From assembly GCA_964360785.1 (NCBI GenBank), contig CAYHXX010000004.1, positions 5,568 through 69,567 on the forward strand: 64,000 nucleotides of DNA, read 5' to 3'. The position numbers were made by a program, and so were the translations under genes. The stretch is from an uncultured Gammaproteobacteria bacterium (GTDB lineage Bacteria > Patescibacteriota > Microgenomatia > Woykebacterales > RBG-16-39-9b). Every line of letters starts with the position of its first letter. The first letter of the stretch is position 1. A model generated the notes under the pieces. That model ran no database searches and was not told the origin of the DNA. It was given only the letters and a program-made list of their open reading frames with translations. This document shows, piece after piece, positions 8,679 through 18,121 of this stretch.

Positions 8679-10239
8679 AACAGAAAAGTGGCCGCTTTTA
8701 TACGAAAACATTTTACGGGTTGGTGATCCAGACCAGTCGGTTGGGGTAGTTACACTCTGGACTGAGCGGGATGTGATTAAAGATTCACTCGAAAAGAAAG
8801 ATTACGCTGCCATTGGCAATCTGTATTCGCCAGCTGGCATAAACCACATGATGCGCAATGTTCTGGCCAACCCCAGCATTCGCCATCTAATAGTGTGGGG
8901 AGCGGATATGTCTGGTTCTGGTTCTTCTTTGCGTAATTTCTTTGAAAAAGGAATCGATAACGATTACAAGATTATTGATGCACCTGGTCAGATTGAGACT
9001 GAGATTCCCAAAGAAGCAGTCGAATCCTTCCGAACAAATGTTGAACTGATTGATATGAGAGGAAAACCAAAAGAAGAAGTTGTGAAAGCTGTCAAAAGTT
9101 TTAAAAAAGAAAAACCATTCCGAAAAGAAGCAGCTCTTTTCCCAGCCGCAGAGAAAAAAGTTGTCAGCTGGCCATCAGAGCAGATTAGTTTCCGGATTGA
9201 ATCGCCAAAAGTTGCTAGTCTTTGGTTGAAAGTTCTCAACATGGTGACCAAATACGGTCGGGTCAAATCTACCCGCTATGCCACGACCAATGAACTTAAA
9301 GAATTGCTCAATCTCAACTCTGTTCTTACAGACGAGGATCCAGACAATGAATATTTCCCCGAATATCTTCCCTTTACTACAAACGAACTGAAAGCTTATT
9401 ACCCAGAGTGGCTGACTGCTCGTCGTATTCCCGGAATGGCTTACAATTATGGTGACCGGATGCGCAATCTGGATGGAATCAATCAAATTGAAGAGATCAA
9501 AAAACTCTTACAGACTCGTCCAGATAGTAAAAAAATGATTGCATCTTTATATAATGTAAAAGTTGACTGGGCAGCAGCTAATACGGGTGACACACCTTGC
9601 ATCACCCAAGTGATTTGTGGTGTGCAAGATAAGAAACTCTTTATGACAGTCCATGTCCGCTCCCAGGATATGTTCCATGGTTGGCCGAGAAATATGTTTG
9701 CTGCCCGCAAAATGCAAAAAGAAATCGCCGACTCGGGTGGATATCCAATGGGGAAACTCGCGATGATTACTCACAGTGCCCATATGTACGCCGATGATTG
9801 GGCGACTGCACAGGAGCTTCTCGACAAGTACTATATAAAAGAAACAGCGCAGTATAAACCCGGTTTTCATTTCCAAGAAGACCCGAGGGGCAACTGGTTG
9901 GTAGACATTGATTGGGAAAACAAACTTATATTGGCCAAGTTGATGAGCCCAGATATGAGTACAGAGTTGACTATGTTTCATGGAAAAACGGCTAAAGAAG
10001 TGATAAAACAAATCGGTGAGTGGGAAATCCTGACTTTACCTTCACATGCACTTGATTTTGGAGCCGAGCTACAAAAAGCGGAGATTGCACTAAACTATGA
10101 TCTGCATGATTGGAAACAAGATCGAGCTATCAATTTCGAAAGACAGAAGGTGGAAAGCCCTGTGGTTGAAAAGTCAGAGCGAGTACTGCCGCCAACCCGC
10201 TATATCAAACGCGGGAAGAAATCTATCCCAATAAAATAG
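8668..10239 (+). CDS. fusion protein: N-terminal MtrA-like domain + thymidylate synthase (ThyA)-fold domain
   Basis: N-terminus KWPLLYENILRVGDPDQSVGVVTL..NPSIRHLIVWG..EIPKEAVESFRTNVELIDM resembles tetrahydromethanopterin S-methyltransferase subunit A; C-terminal half has ThyA motifs incl. nucleophile DTPCITQVI, VRSQDMFHGWPRNMFAARKM, ITHSAHMY; 11-nt overlap with upstream gene. Confidence 0.55.
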   Translation: MANRTEKWPLLYENILRVGDPDQSVGVVTLWTERDVIKDSLEKKDYAAIGNLYSPAGINHMMRNVLANPSIRHLIVWGADMSGSGSSLRNFFEKGIDNDYKIIDAPGQIETEIPKEAVESFRTNVELIDMRGKPKEEVVKAVKSFKKEKPFRKEAALFPAAEKKVVSWPSEQISFRIESPKVASLWLKVLNMVTKYGRVKSTRYATTNELKELLNLNSVLTDEDPDNEYFPEYLPFTTNELKAYYPEWLTARRIPGMAYNYGDRMRNLDGINQIEEIKKLLQTRPDSKKMIASLYNVKVDWAAANTGDTPCITQVICGVQDKKLFMTVHVRSQDMFHGWPRNMFAARKMQKEIADSGGYPMGKLAMITHSAHMYADDWATAQELLDKYYIKETAQYKPGFHFQEDPRGNWLVDIDWENKLILAKLMSPDMSTELTMFHGKTAKEVIKQIGEWEILTLPSHALDFGAELQKAEIALNYDLHDWKQDRAINFERQKVESPVVEKSERVLPPTRYIKRGKKSIPIK

Positions 10240-10281
10240 TTATAGGGTTGACAAATCCTTTTTTTGTGTTAGAATCCAAGC

Positions 10282-10551
10282 GTGGACGCTTGGATGCGCA
10301 CTTGTGTGTCGGAGCGGCCTGTCTTCTCTGCTACCCTGGTAACGGATCAGGTGTTGGTGGACTTTTCCGAGGAGGAGACTCTGCAGCTTGCTGTAGAGTA
10401 TCTGAATTGGGGTGAGTTCACGATCCTGATTTCAGTATCAGTGGTAGGAGAAGGCGGGTTGGTTGAAGTACCAGAACCACTTAGGGAGGAGCTGACGGAT
10501 TACTTCCGGACGCACCACCTTCGTGGGGTTGGGACCAAGACCGCGCTCTAG
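10282..10551 (+). CDS. hypothetical ORF in a GC-rich unit (weak; no SD)
   Basis: only long ORF between promoter ttgaca-17-tagaat (10246-10275) and terminator 10761-10792; transcript begins with a hairpin ccaagcgtggacgcttgg. Confidence 0.2.
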   Translation: MDAWMRTCVSERPVFSATLVTDQVLVDFSEEETLQLAVEYLNWGEFTILISVSVVGEGGLVEVPEPLREELTDYFRTHHLRGVGTKTAL

Positions 10552-10760
10552 GCCACCGGGGGTTTGATGGAATCCTTGTCGACAAATCTATCAACGCAGC
10601 CAGCGTGAGATAGTATCCATCCGGTTCTACTCAACCGTTTGTGGTATGCAAAGACCACGGAGAATGAGGGGAGTGTAGGGAGCGAAAGGAGAGTGCTATG
10701 TATAAAGCATACACCTGTCCCTACCTTAAGATTTTCAAACTTTGGAAAGCTTAAGAAGAG

Positions 10761-10792
10761 GAACGACCTAGAAATGGGTCGTTTTTCTTTTT
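10761..10792 (+). terminator. intrinsic terminator, repeated module copy 2
   Basis: aacgacctagaaatgggtcgtttttctttt. Confidence 0.6.
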
Positions 10793-10819
10793 ATCAAACG
10801 TATAGTATATTAGTCACCT

Positions 10820-11482
10820 ATGCATGGAAAAATTATTGATTTTGAAGGAATAGACGGTACTGGAAAAAGTACTCAGGTCAAACTTCTAATAAACTATTTA
10901 AAGAAAAACAAAAAGAAGCATAGTTTCTACAAATTTCCACAGTATCAAGCTACTTTCCACGGTAAAACTATTACCAAGTTTCTCAGGGGAGAGTTTGGGA
11001 CGATTTCTGACGTCAGCCCGTATTTGATCTCCCTTGCCTACGCGATGGATCGGGTTTCAACCAAAGAAAAACTTTTTGATGATCTCAACGACGGTAAAAT
11101 AATTATCTGCGACCGTTACGCTCCAAGTAACAAAGCCCATCAAGCTGCCAAAATGATTGAGCCAAAAAGAGCGGATTTCCTGAATTGGTTAGACGAGCTT
11201 GATTACAAAGTTAACAAAATGCCGCGGGAAGATTGGGTAGTTCTGCTTGATATGACAGTAGAGTCAGCATTTAAACTTCTCGAAAAAATCCCACGCAAAA
11301 AAGACATCCACGAGACTGAAGCAGCATACATGGAGGAAGCTCGCAAAGTTTATCTCAAAATGGCCCAGGGTAACCATCACTGGCTCGTTATTAATTGTAT
11401 AGACGAAAAAGGTAAACTCAAAAGCAAAAACCAAATTCACAAAGAGATAGTTGAGATTTTATCCCAAAAGCATATAATCTAA
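10820..11482 (+). CDS. tmk: thymidylate kinase
   Basis: P-loop FEGIDGTGKST, DRY-type ICDRYAPSN, lid region. Confidence 0.85.
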   Translation: MHGKIIDFEGIDGTGKSTQVKLLINYLKKNKKKHSFYKFPQYQATFHGKTITKFLRGEFGTISDVSPYLISLAYAMDRVSTKEKLFDDLNDGKIIICDRYAPSNKAHQAAKMIEPKRADFLNWLDELDYKVNKMPREDWVVLLDMTVESAFKLLEKIPRKKDIHETEAAYMEEARKVYLKMAQGNHHWLVINCIDEKGKLKSKNQIHKEIVEILSQKHII

Positions 11483-11503
11483 TCGAATTTCGGGAGGTGA
11501 GAC

Positions 11504-12094
11504 GTGAAGGTCTATCTGTTCCTGTACCCGATCAAGGAGTACATCTACAGCCTGCTTCTGATGTGGCCAACTTTCAGTTTCAACGAACATCAAGCGAGTG
11601 AAATCAATCGGTTAATCAGGGCCAGATATCGCGAAAGAGGTTACCAGATCTGGTGGTTGCTATTTAGCGACCCTAATGACCTCGAAAAGCCAGATTTGAC
11701 TAGGATATTTGATGGAATGAATATCTTAGAGGGGGATACACTGATTCCTTGTGGGATTACCTTCCAAGACCACATCAGTAAGAAACTGTACGCGGACTCG
11801 GAGAGAGTTGTTGATCGATTACCTAAGGATATTGAAGAATTGGTACTAGGAGGTTTCCACCAGGGCGATTGTGTTGACAAGGTTGCCGCGTGTGCTTATT
11901 CACGGGGGACACCTACTTTTGTCGACGAAGATACGACAGAATACTTTTTCTCGCGAACAGGGTCTATGGGCGATATACCTACTCTTAGAGAAGAATTTAG
12001 GGTGAGTGAGTTAACTTCAGAGCGGGATAAAACTTGGATTAATTGGATTCTAGAGCGCAGAAGAAATAAACCATGGTTGACACAAAAACCATGA
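11504..12094 (+). CDS. hypothetical protein (GTG start)
   Basis: ORF after tmk; no recognised motif. Confidence 0.35.
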   Translation: MKVYLFLYPIKEYIYSLLLMWPTFSFNEHQASEINRLIRARYRERGYQIWWLLFSDPNDLEKPDLTRIFDGMNILEGDTLIPCGITFQDHISKKLYADSERVVDRLPKDIEELVLGGFHQGDCVDKVAACAYSRGTPTFVDEDTTEYFFSRTGSMGDIPTLREEFRVSELTSERDKTWINWILERRRNKPWLTQKP

Positions 12095-12257
12095 TAGGCC
12101 TCGACTGACAGACAGGTTGGGGCTTTTTTGTGGGGTTGCCAAACCTTTCCCAACCAGTTTATTCTTTAACTATGCAGATGTTTCTCGCCAACATCATGTT
12201 TTGCATCCATTAACCACGCAAGTTGCGTGGTTTTCCATTTCAAAGGGGAGGGTTGAT

Positions 12258-12467
12258 ATGGTAATGGCCGCCATCCACAAGGTTGAGTTGGAAAACATCA
12301 AGAGAGAGGGTCCAGGAGAGGTTATAGTCGTAGAGTCGAGCCGCGGAGTGTATTCTGGTTTTCCTTACACAGAAGTTAGGGTCAATTTCAGAGATCTCAA
12401 CCGAGTCGTTGAACTTCGTGTTTTCGAAATACCAGAAGGACAAGGTGTACAGCTTCCGCTCGTCTGA
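12258..12467 (+). CDS. small hypothetical protein (ATG at 12258 within ORF 12117..12467)
   Basis: SD aggggaggg before ATG; preceded by a perfect palindrome aaccacgc-N5-gcgtggtt. Confidence 0.3.
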   Translation: MVMAAIHKVELENIKREGPGEVIVVESSRGVYSGFPYTEVRVNFRDLNRVVELRVFEIPEGQGVQLPLV

Positions 12468-12641
12468 AGGGTTAGGACAAATTCCTTGCCCTTCTTTTCT
12501 TTGTTGACTTGGTTTGCTATAATCGAGCCCGCGAGATTATATATTAAATTACACACACCGAAGCGTTTAACCCTGCATTGCGATTGTTAAAGACAATTCG
12601 ATGTAATCTTTGGTGGAGGACAAAAAGGGAAAAACAAATTT

Positions 12642-13511
12642 ATGAGCCTACCAAGTTTAAAAGAACTGCTTGAAGCAGGTGTCCATTTTGGTCACGAGAC
12701 CAAGCGTTGGAATCCAAAGATGGCTTCTTATATTTTTACAGCCAAAGAGCGTATCCATATCATTGATCTGGAAAAAACTGATGCAGCATTGAAGAAAGCG
12801 ACTGATTTTGTACGTCAGATCGGCCAAAACAATGGTCAGATAGTTTTCCTAGCTACCAAGAGACAAGCCTCGGAAATCGTCAAAAACGAAGCTATTAGAG
12901 TCGGTGCGATGTATTTGACAACCCGTTGGGTTGGAGGTTTGTTTACCAATTTTGAAGCAGTTTCAAAAACCTTGACCAAACTCACAGAGCTTGAGGAAAA
13001 GTCCAAGGATGAACGTTATACCAAGCGCGAGCAGCTGCTGATGACCCGAGAAATCGACAAGATCATTCGCAGTCTTGGCGGCGTACGCCACATGCAAAAA
13101 CTTCCAGAAGCAATATTTATCGTTGATAGCCATAAGGAAGTGAATGCGATACTTGAGTCCCAGAAAACTGGAGTAAAAATTGTCGCAATCGTTGATACAA
13201 ATGGAGACCCAACAGTAGTTGATTACCCAATTCCTGGCAATGATGATGCGATACGAGCAATCTCAATCCTGGTCAAGACTATTGCCGACAGTTACCTTGA
13301 AGGTAAAGAAAAAGGTGAAAAGATCGAGAAGGTTATAGAAGAAGAAAAAACCGAGGGCGGTGTCGCCGCAGAACCTGTAAAAGAAAAGCCTAAGAAGGCT
13401 CCGGCAAAAAAGGCCACTGAGAAAGTAGTTGAGAAAAAGGAAGTAAAAAAGAAAGTTACAAAAGTAAGCAAGAGCTTCATTCTAACGAAAGTAAAAAAGG
13501 AGAAAGCCTAA
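12642..13511 (+). CDS. rpsB: 30S ribosomal protein S2 with K/E-rich C-terminal extension
   Basis: MSLPSLKELLEAGVHFGHETKRWNPKM... Confidence 0.95.
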   Translation: MSLPSLKELLEAGVHFGHETKRWNPKMASYIFTAKERIHIIDLEKTDAALKKATDFVRQIGQNNGQIVFLATKRQASEIVKNEAIRVGAMYLTTRWVGGLFTNFEAVSKTLTKLTELEEKSKDERYTKREQLLMTREIDKIIRSLGGVRHMQKLPEAIFIVDSHKEVNAILESQKTGVKIVAIVDTNGDPTVVDYPIPGNDDAIRAISILVKTIADSYLEGKEKGEKIEKVIEEEKTEGGVAAEPVKEKPKKAPAKKATEKVVEKKEVKKKVTKVSKSFILTKVKKEKA

Positions 13512-13512
13512 T

Positions 13513-13974
13513 ATGGGAGAAATAAGTGCAGAATTAGTTAAAAAGATTCGTGACGAAACCGGTGCAGGTGTGATGGATATCCGCCGTGCTCTGCTCGAGT
13601 CAAACGGTGATGAAAAAGCTGCAAAAGAGCTTCTGAAAGCCAAAGGTGATGCCGCTGTTGCCAAACGCTCTGAAAGGGAAACTGCCCAAGGTGTCATCGA
13701 AACCTATGTCCATTCGGGAGGCAAAGTTGGAGCGATGGTATTGCTCGCTTGTGAGACAGATTTTGTTGCCAAAACTGACGAGTTTAAAACCCTCGCTCGG
13801 GAACTTGCAATGCAAGTAGCAGCCATGAATCCTACGAACGTTGATGAACTTATAGACCAAGACTATATCCGAGATTCGGGTAAGAATGTGAAACAGCTGG
13901 TCAACGAAGTTATTGCCAAGACTGGTGAAAATATTCAAGTAAAAAGAATTGCGCGATTTTCCTTGGGGGATTAA
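13513..13974 (+). CDS. tsf: elongation factor Ts (short form)
   Basis: ISAELVKKIRDETGAGVMDIRRAL, ETDFVAKTDEF. Confidence 0.85.
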   Translation: MGEISAELVKKIRDETGAGVMDIRRALLESNGDEKAAKELLKAKGDAAVAKRSERETAQGVIETYVHSGGKVGAMVLLACETDFVAKTDEFKTLARELAMQVAAMNPTNVDELIDQDYIRDSGKNVKQLVNEVIAKTGENIQVKRIARFSLGD

Positions 13975-13983
13975 AATCTACCT

Positions 13984-14196
13984 ATGAAGCATGTACTCTT
14001 TGTACTTTGGTTTCCTTTAGCGATTACAATTTTCTTTTTCGTTAGTAATCTCCTTACAACAATTTATATTAGTTTTAATTTGGATTATGTTCCAGTGATT
14101 GGGAATTTTGGAAGAATTCTTATTTTTATCGTGAGCGCTGTACTTATTGGCGAACTAACACTTTTTCTTTACAAACGGCTCTATAAAGCAAGTTAA
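13984..14196 (+). CDS. small hypothetical membrane protein
   Basis: two hydrophobic segments between tsf and frr. Confidence 0.3.
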   Translation: MKHVLFVLWFPLAITIFFFVSNLLTTIYISFNLDYVPVIGNFGRILIFIVSAVLIGELTLFLYKRLYKAS

Positions 14197-14204
14197 ATAT
14201 AGTT

Positions 14205-14759
14205 ATGGATACTCAAATTTCAGACGCCAGACATCGGATGCAAAAAGCGATCGAGCACCTTCTTGAAGAGTTGCTTTCAATTCGTTCTGGAAGAGCAGCT
14301 CCAAGCTTGCTAGAAAGTGTCAAAGCCAATGCTTATGGGCAGACAATGAGTTTGAAAGAACTTGCGAGTATCACCGCCCCCGAGCCAAGAATGTTGATGG
14401 TTCAGCCGTGGGATGCTGGTAATATCGACAGCATTGCCAAAGCTATTCGTGACGCTGGGATGGGATTCAACCCCATTGTCGAGTCAAACATGATCCGAGT
14501 CGCAGTCCCAGCTCTGAATGAAGAAAGACGCAACGATTTGATCAAACTAGTTAATGAAAAAAGTGAAGCCGCCAGAATTGCAATTCGTTCAATCCGACGG
14601 GAAATAATTGAATCTATCGAAAAGGAAGAGAAAAATGGTAAGATCTCTAAAGACGATTCGCACAGGTTTCAAGAACAAGTTCAGAAAATAACTGACGAAA
14701 TGGTTGGTGAAATCGATAAAGTAGCCCGAGCAAAAGAAACAGAACTACGCGAGGTTTAG
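14205..14759 (+). CDS. frr: ribosome recycling factor
   Basis: LLSIRSGRAAPSLLESVKANAYGQTMSLKELA..VQPWD. Confidence 0.9.
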   Translation: MDTQISDARHRMQKAIEHLLEELLSIRSGRAAPSLLESVKANAYGQTMSLKELASITAPEPRMLMVQPWDAGNIDSIAKAIRDAGMGFNPIVESNMIRVAVPALNEERRNDLIKLVNEKSEAARIAIRSIRREIIESIEKEEKNGKISKDDSHRFQEQVQKITDEMVGEIDKVARAKETELREV

Positions 14760-14791
14760 ATTTAGAATTAGTTCCCTTTTTAACTAAATAA

Positions 14792-15937
14792 ATGGAATTT
14801 GTACTTTCCCTTTTGGTTGGTTTAGGTGTTTTAAGTTTTTTGGTCTTGATACATGAGGCAGGACACTTTGTTGTTGCTCGTGCTTTTGGGGTCAAAGTTG
14901 AAGAATTTGGAATTGGCTTTCCTTTTCTAGGACGAATCTTCAAATTTAAAAGAAATGGAGTAGTTTACTCGGTTAATTGGTTACTCTTTGGTGGTTTTGT
15001 CCAGCTTTATGGGGAAGAGGCCGGTAGTGCCAAGGGTCCGGAAAGTTTCTCCTCCAAAAATGTTTGGGTCAGATTTACGATTGCAATTGCTGGTATCTTG
15101 GTAAACATTGTCCTGGCGATAATTCTTTTCACAATCCTTCTGGCGAGTTCAAATTTCAAGGTCGATTTCCAATCTCCAATTGAGAACAAGTTTCCATTTG
15201 GAACTGAAACAAAATTTGTCATGGTCAGCGGTGTGAGTGAAAACTCGCCCGCAGAGAAAGCTGGAATGAAGTTTGGGGACAAGATTTTGAGTGTTGACGC
15301 AAATGAAATCGCAGGTGTCAAGCAAATCCAAGAGTATGTCAAAGACCACAGAGGTGAGCCAGTAACTTTCCAAATAGAAAATATTAATGAAAAATCTTCA
15401 AGAGAAGTTATCGCAATACCAAGAGTAGATCCGCCAGAAGGTCAAGGAGCTCTTGGAATTGGTTTAGACGAAGGACAGACACTTTCGTACAACAGCGTAC
15501 CCGAGAGGGTCTTTGTAGGGGTGTTGCATTCGATCAACATGATTGATTTCCAGATTGCTGGTTTGCAAAGCTTTCTTTCACAGTCGGTCAAAGAAAAATC
15601 AATTGAGCCGCTTGCTTCTCAAGCCTCGGGGCCAGTTCGAATTGTTGCCGTACTGGGAGTTTTGGTACGAGATAGTGGTTCGGAAGTAGTGAAAGTAGTG
15701 GTGACATTTACGGCACTAATTTCTTTGATGCTAGGAATCGGAAATCTTTTGCCGATACCAGCACTTGACGGAGGCAGGTTGTTCTTCTTTCTTATCGAGG
15801 GAATCACTGGGAAAAAGGTAAAACCGAAAATAGAAAATATGATTCATGGTGTTGGTTTCGCAGTTTTGTTACTTCTAATATTTGTCATCACTGCCAACGA
15901 CATCTTTCGCATCTTCACCGGCCAGCTTTTTGGTTAA
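14792..15937 (+). CDS. rseP: RIP zinc metalloprotease RseP (site-2 protease)
   Basis: HEAGHFVVA, PDZ domain, LLPIPALDGG. Confidence 0.85.
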   Translation: MEFVLSLLVGLGVLSFLVLIHEAGHFVVARAFGVKVEEFGIGFPFLGRIFKFKRNGVVYSVNWLLFGGFVQLYGEEAGSAKGPESFSSKNVWVRFTIAIAGILVNIVLAIILFTILLASSNFKVDFQSPIENKFPFGTETKFVMVSGVSENSPAEKAGMKFGDKILSVDANEIAGVKQIQEYVKDHRGEPVTFQIENINEKSSREVIAIPRVDPPEGQGALGIGLDEGQTLSYNSVPERVFVGVLHSINMIDFQIAGLQSFLSQSVKEKSIEPLASQASGPVRIVAVLGVLVRDSGSEVVKVVVTFTALISLMLGIGNLLPIPALDGGRLFFFLIEGITGKKVKPKIENMIHGVGFAVLLLLIFVITANDIFRIFTGQLFG

Positions 15938-16006
15938 TACTAGCTACAAAATACTTTTAGTCCACGAAGTGGCCGCAGCATGCGCTAGCGTGCTATAATT
16001 TTCCCA

Positions 16007-17221
16007 ATGCGGCAGTCTCAACTTTTTGGTAAAACTTCAAAGCAAGCTCCGACCGATGCAACGGCTATATCTCATCAATTCTTAGTTCGGGGTGGCTTCA
16101 TTGATCAGCTGATGAGTGGAGTTTATAGTTTTCTGCCGCTCGGTTTACGTGTCCACCAAAAAATAGAGAACATAATTCGGGAAGAGATGAACGCCGCCGG
16201 CGGCCAGGAAATTTTGTTGCCGGCACTTTCACCAAAAAGTCTTTGGGAAGAAACCGGGCGTTGGACAACCTACGATCCGCCACTTTTTAAACTCAAAGAC
16301 CGCCACGACAAAGAGCTTGCTCTTGGGCCAACTCACGAGGAAGTTATTACTGATTTGGTCCGCCGCCGCGTCCAAAGTTACAAAGACTTACCACTTGCGC
16401 TCTATCAAATTCAAGGAAAATTCCGCAATGAGCTTCGTTCTACTGGGGGTTTGCTGCGGGTGCGAGAGTTTGTCATGAAGGACCTCTACAGTTTTAACGA
16501 AAGCGAAGAGGATCTGGAAAAATATTTTGAAAAAATGATTGAGGTCTACGAAAAAGTCTTTAATCGCTGTGGCATCAAACCGATTATCACCAAAGCGTCA
16601 GGCGGAAGTATTGGTGGTAGCACGACTTACGAATTCCAAGCGCCGACAAAAGTTGGTGAAGATACCGTTTATTTAAACAAAGAAACAGGAAAAGCCTTCA
16701 ACAAAGAACTTCTTGACGAGATCCCTGAAAATGAACGTGATCAGTATGAACAAATCCCGGCGGTTGAAGCTGGACAAGTTTTTTCCTTGGGGACAAAATA
16801 TTCAGCGGTCATGGGGGCCAACTTTGTTGACCGTGACGGGAAGGAAAAACCAATTGTCATGGGTTGTTACGGAATTGGCCTGGGGCGTTTACTAGCGATA
16901 ATCGTTGAAGCTTTTCATGATGATCGCGGTATCATCTGGCCGGAAGAAGTCGCCCCGTTTGCAGTTCATCTAATTAGTCTTGGGAATACTGACGAAGTTA
17001 ATAAGGAGGCAGAAAAAATCTACGAAAAACTGCTCAAAGACAATATCGAAGTCTTGTTTGACGACCGGGAAGATTCCGCTGGTGTTAAGCTAGGGGACGC
17101 AGACCTAATAGGAATTCCACAGCGTTGGATAGTCTCGGAGAAGACTTTGAAAGAAGGATCAGTCGAAGTGAAAAAACGTTCAGAAGAGACTGCAAAACTA
17201 ATCAAAATTTCCTCAATCTAA
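16007..17221 (+). CDS. proS: prolyl-tRNA synthetase (compact form without editing domain)
   Basis: class II core FLVRGGFI, GPTHEEVITDL, FRNELRSTGGLLRVREFVMKDLYSF, anticodon-binding C-terminus. Confidence 0.85.
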   Translation: MRQSQLFGKTSKQAPTDATAISHQFLVRGGFIDQLMSGVYSFLPLGLRVHQKIENIIREEMNAAGGQEILLPALSPKSLWEETGRWTTYDPPLFKLKDRHDKELALGPTHEEVITDLVRRRVQSYKDLPLALYQIQGKFRNELRSTGGLLRVREFVMKDLYSFNESEEDLEKYFEKMIEVYEKVFNRCGIKPIITKASGGSIGGSTTYEFQAPTKVGEDTVYLNKETGKAFNKELLDEIPENERDQYEQIPAVEAGQVFSLGTKYSAVMGANFVDRDGKEKPIVMGCYGIGLGRLLAIIVEAFHDDRGIIWPEEVAPFAVHLISLGNTDEVNKEAEKIYEKLLKDNIEVLFDDREDSAGVKLGDADLIGIPQRWIVSEKTLKEGSVEVKKRSEETAKLIKISSI

Positions 17222-17350
17222 ACCAAGTTAGTTGAAAACCCATAGTTACTCTGGTAAAATGCCTCAATCGGAAGGAGACCGCACAGGTTTCGCTCATGAA
17301 CACCTGTAGAAAGTGCTGACGGATGAAAGCCCAAACGGAGGCAACCCGCT

Positions 17351-17614
17351 ATGCCTTTCGATTGGAAGCCGCCCAACGAAGCACCGGTTCCAGATAACGC
17401 AGACCTGATCGTAGAGTCGATTAACAGATTCTGGGAAGAAAATCACGAGGCAACTATCAAGGTCATGTATAGCTACAAGTTGGGTACGATGGCTTTCTCG
17501 TTGAATATCAAAGGTGGAGATTCGCTTTGTTATATGGGTATTATTGATACCGTCGAAGCGCGCAAGATAGTAGAGATTCTTGATGAAATACGTATGTACG
17601 CGCAAGCAATCTAA
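17351..17614 (+). CDS. hypothetical protein, GC-rich single-gene cassette
   Basis: promoter ttgaaa-17-taaaat at 17232-17260 (contains cccatagt), SD acggagg, terminator 17624-17657. Confidence 0.35.
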   Translation: MPFDWKPPNEAPVPDNADLIVESINRFWEENHEATIKVMYSYKLGTMAFSLNIKGGDSLCYMGIIDTVEARKIVEILDEIRMYAQAI

Positions 17615-17799
17615 TAATTGCAACAGACTCCTCACGCCCTGGGGAGTCTCTCTTTTTCAAAAAGAAAAGGCCCGACTTATTCAGAAGGACCTTCGTCATC
17701 TCTCTCAGATTTTGGTTTTTTGAGACAAGCTCGGATACCGGCGCTGCATAAAGAGAGGCCAATACCAATCAAGAGCAGTTTGATTAACATTTCAGTCTC

Positions 17800-18033
17800 C
17801 TAGTAGTCTGTTGGGTAGCCAGCGTAGGGATCTTCTCTTTTCACCGGATCGAAATAGAAGAGGAAGTAGACCAGAAGGGCTGCAACAATCCCAACTACTG
17901 TCAATCCCACAGCTATTGGTAAGGCTGCTATCCAGAAACTACCTGTCAGGTACCAGAGAATTGCTGTGACTATGGCGATGAATATCAGATCCACAGCACC
18001 GAATATGATCTCGAAAGCAAACCGTTTCAGCAT
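17800..18033 (-). CDS. small membrane protein (77 aa; start MLKRFAFE)
   Basis: SD aaggagg directly upstream on minus strand; two TM helices. Confidence 0.45.
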   Translation of the reverse strand: MLKRFAFEIIFGAVDLIFIAIVTAILWYLTGSFWIAALPIAVGLTVVGIVAALLVYFLFYFDPVKREDPYAGYPTDY

Positions 18034-18121
18034 GGCTCGCCTCCTTCCAAAAAGATTATACACCGATTCAGTTTGTTTTTTCCCTAAAAAAAGAGTAAAA
18101 TAGCTCGTTAGCTTAAAAAAG

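Noticed and set aside
8668-10239. Simple annotation of 8668..10239 as canonical thyA
   Set aside because: The protein is roughly twice the ThyA length. It has a distinct N-terminal domain with MtrA-like motifs and a basic C-terminal tail, and is therefore reported as a fusion of uncertain specificity.
10639-10839. 66-aa ORF 10639..10839
   Set aside because: It reads straight through the intrinsic terminator at 10761-10792 and into the tmk promoter region, so it is implausible as a gene.
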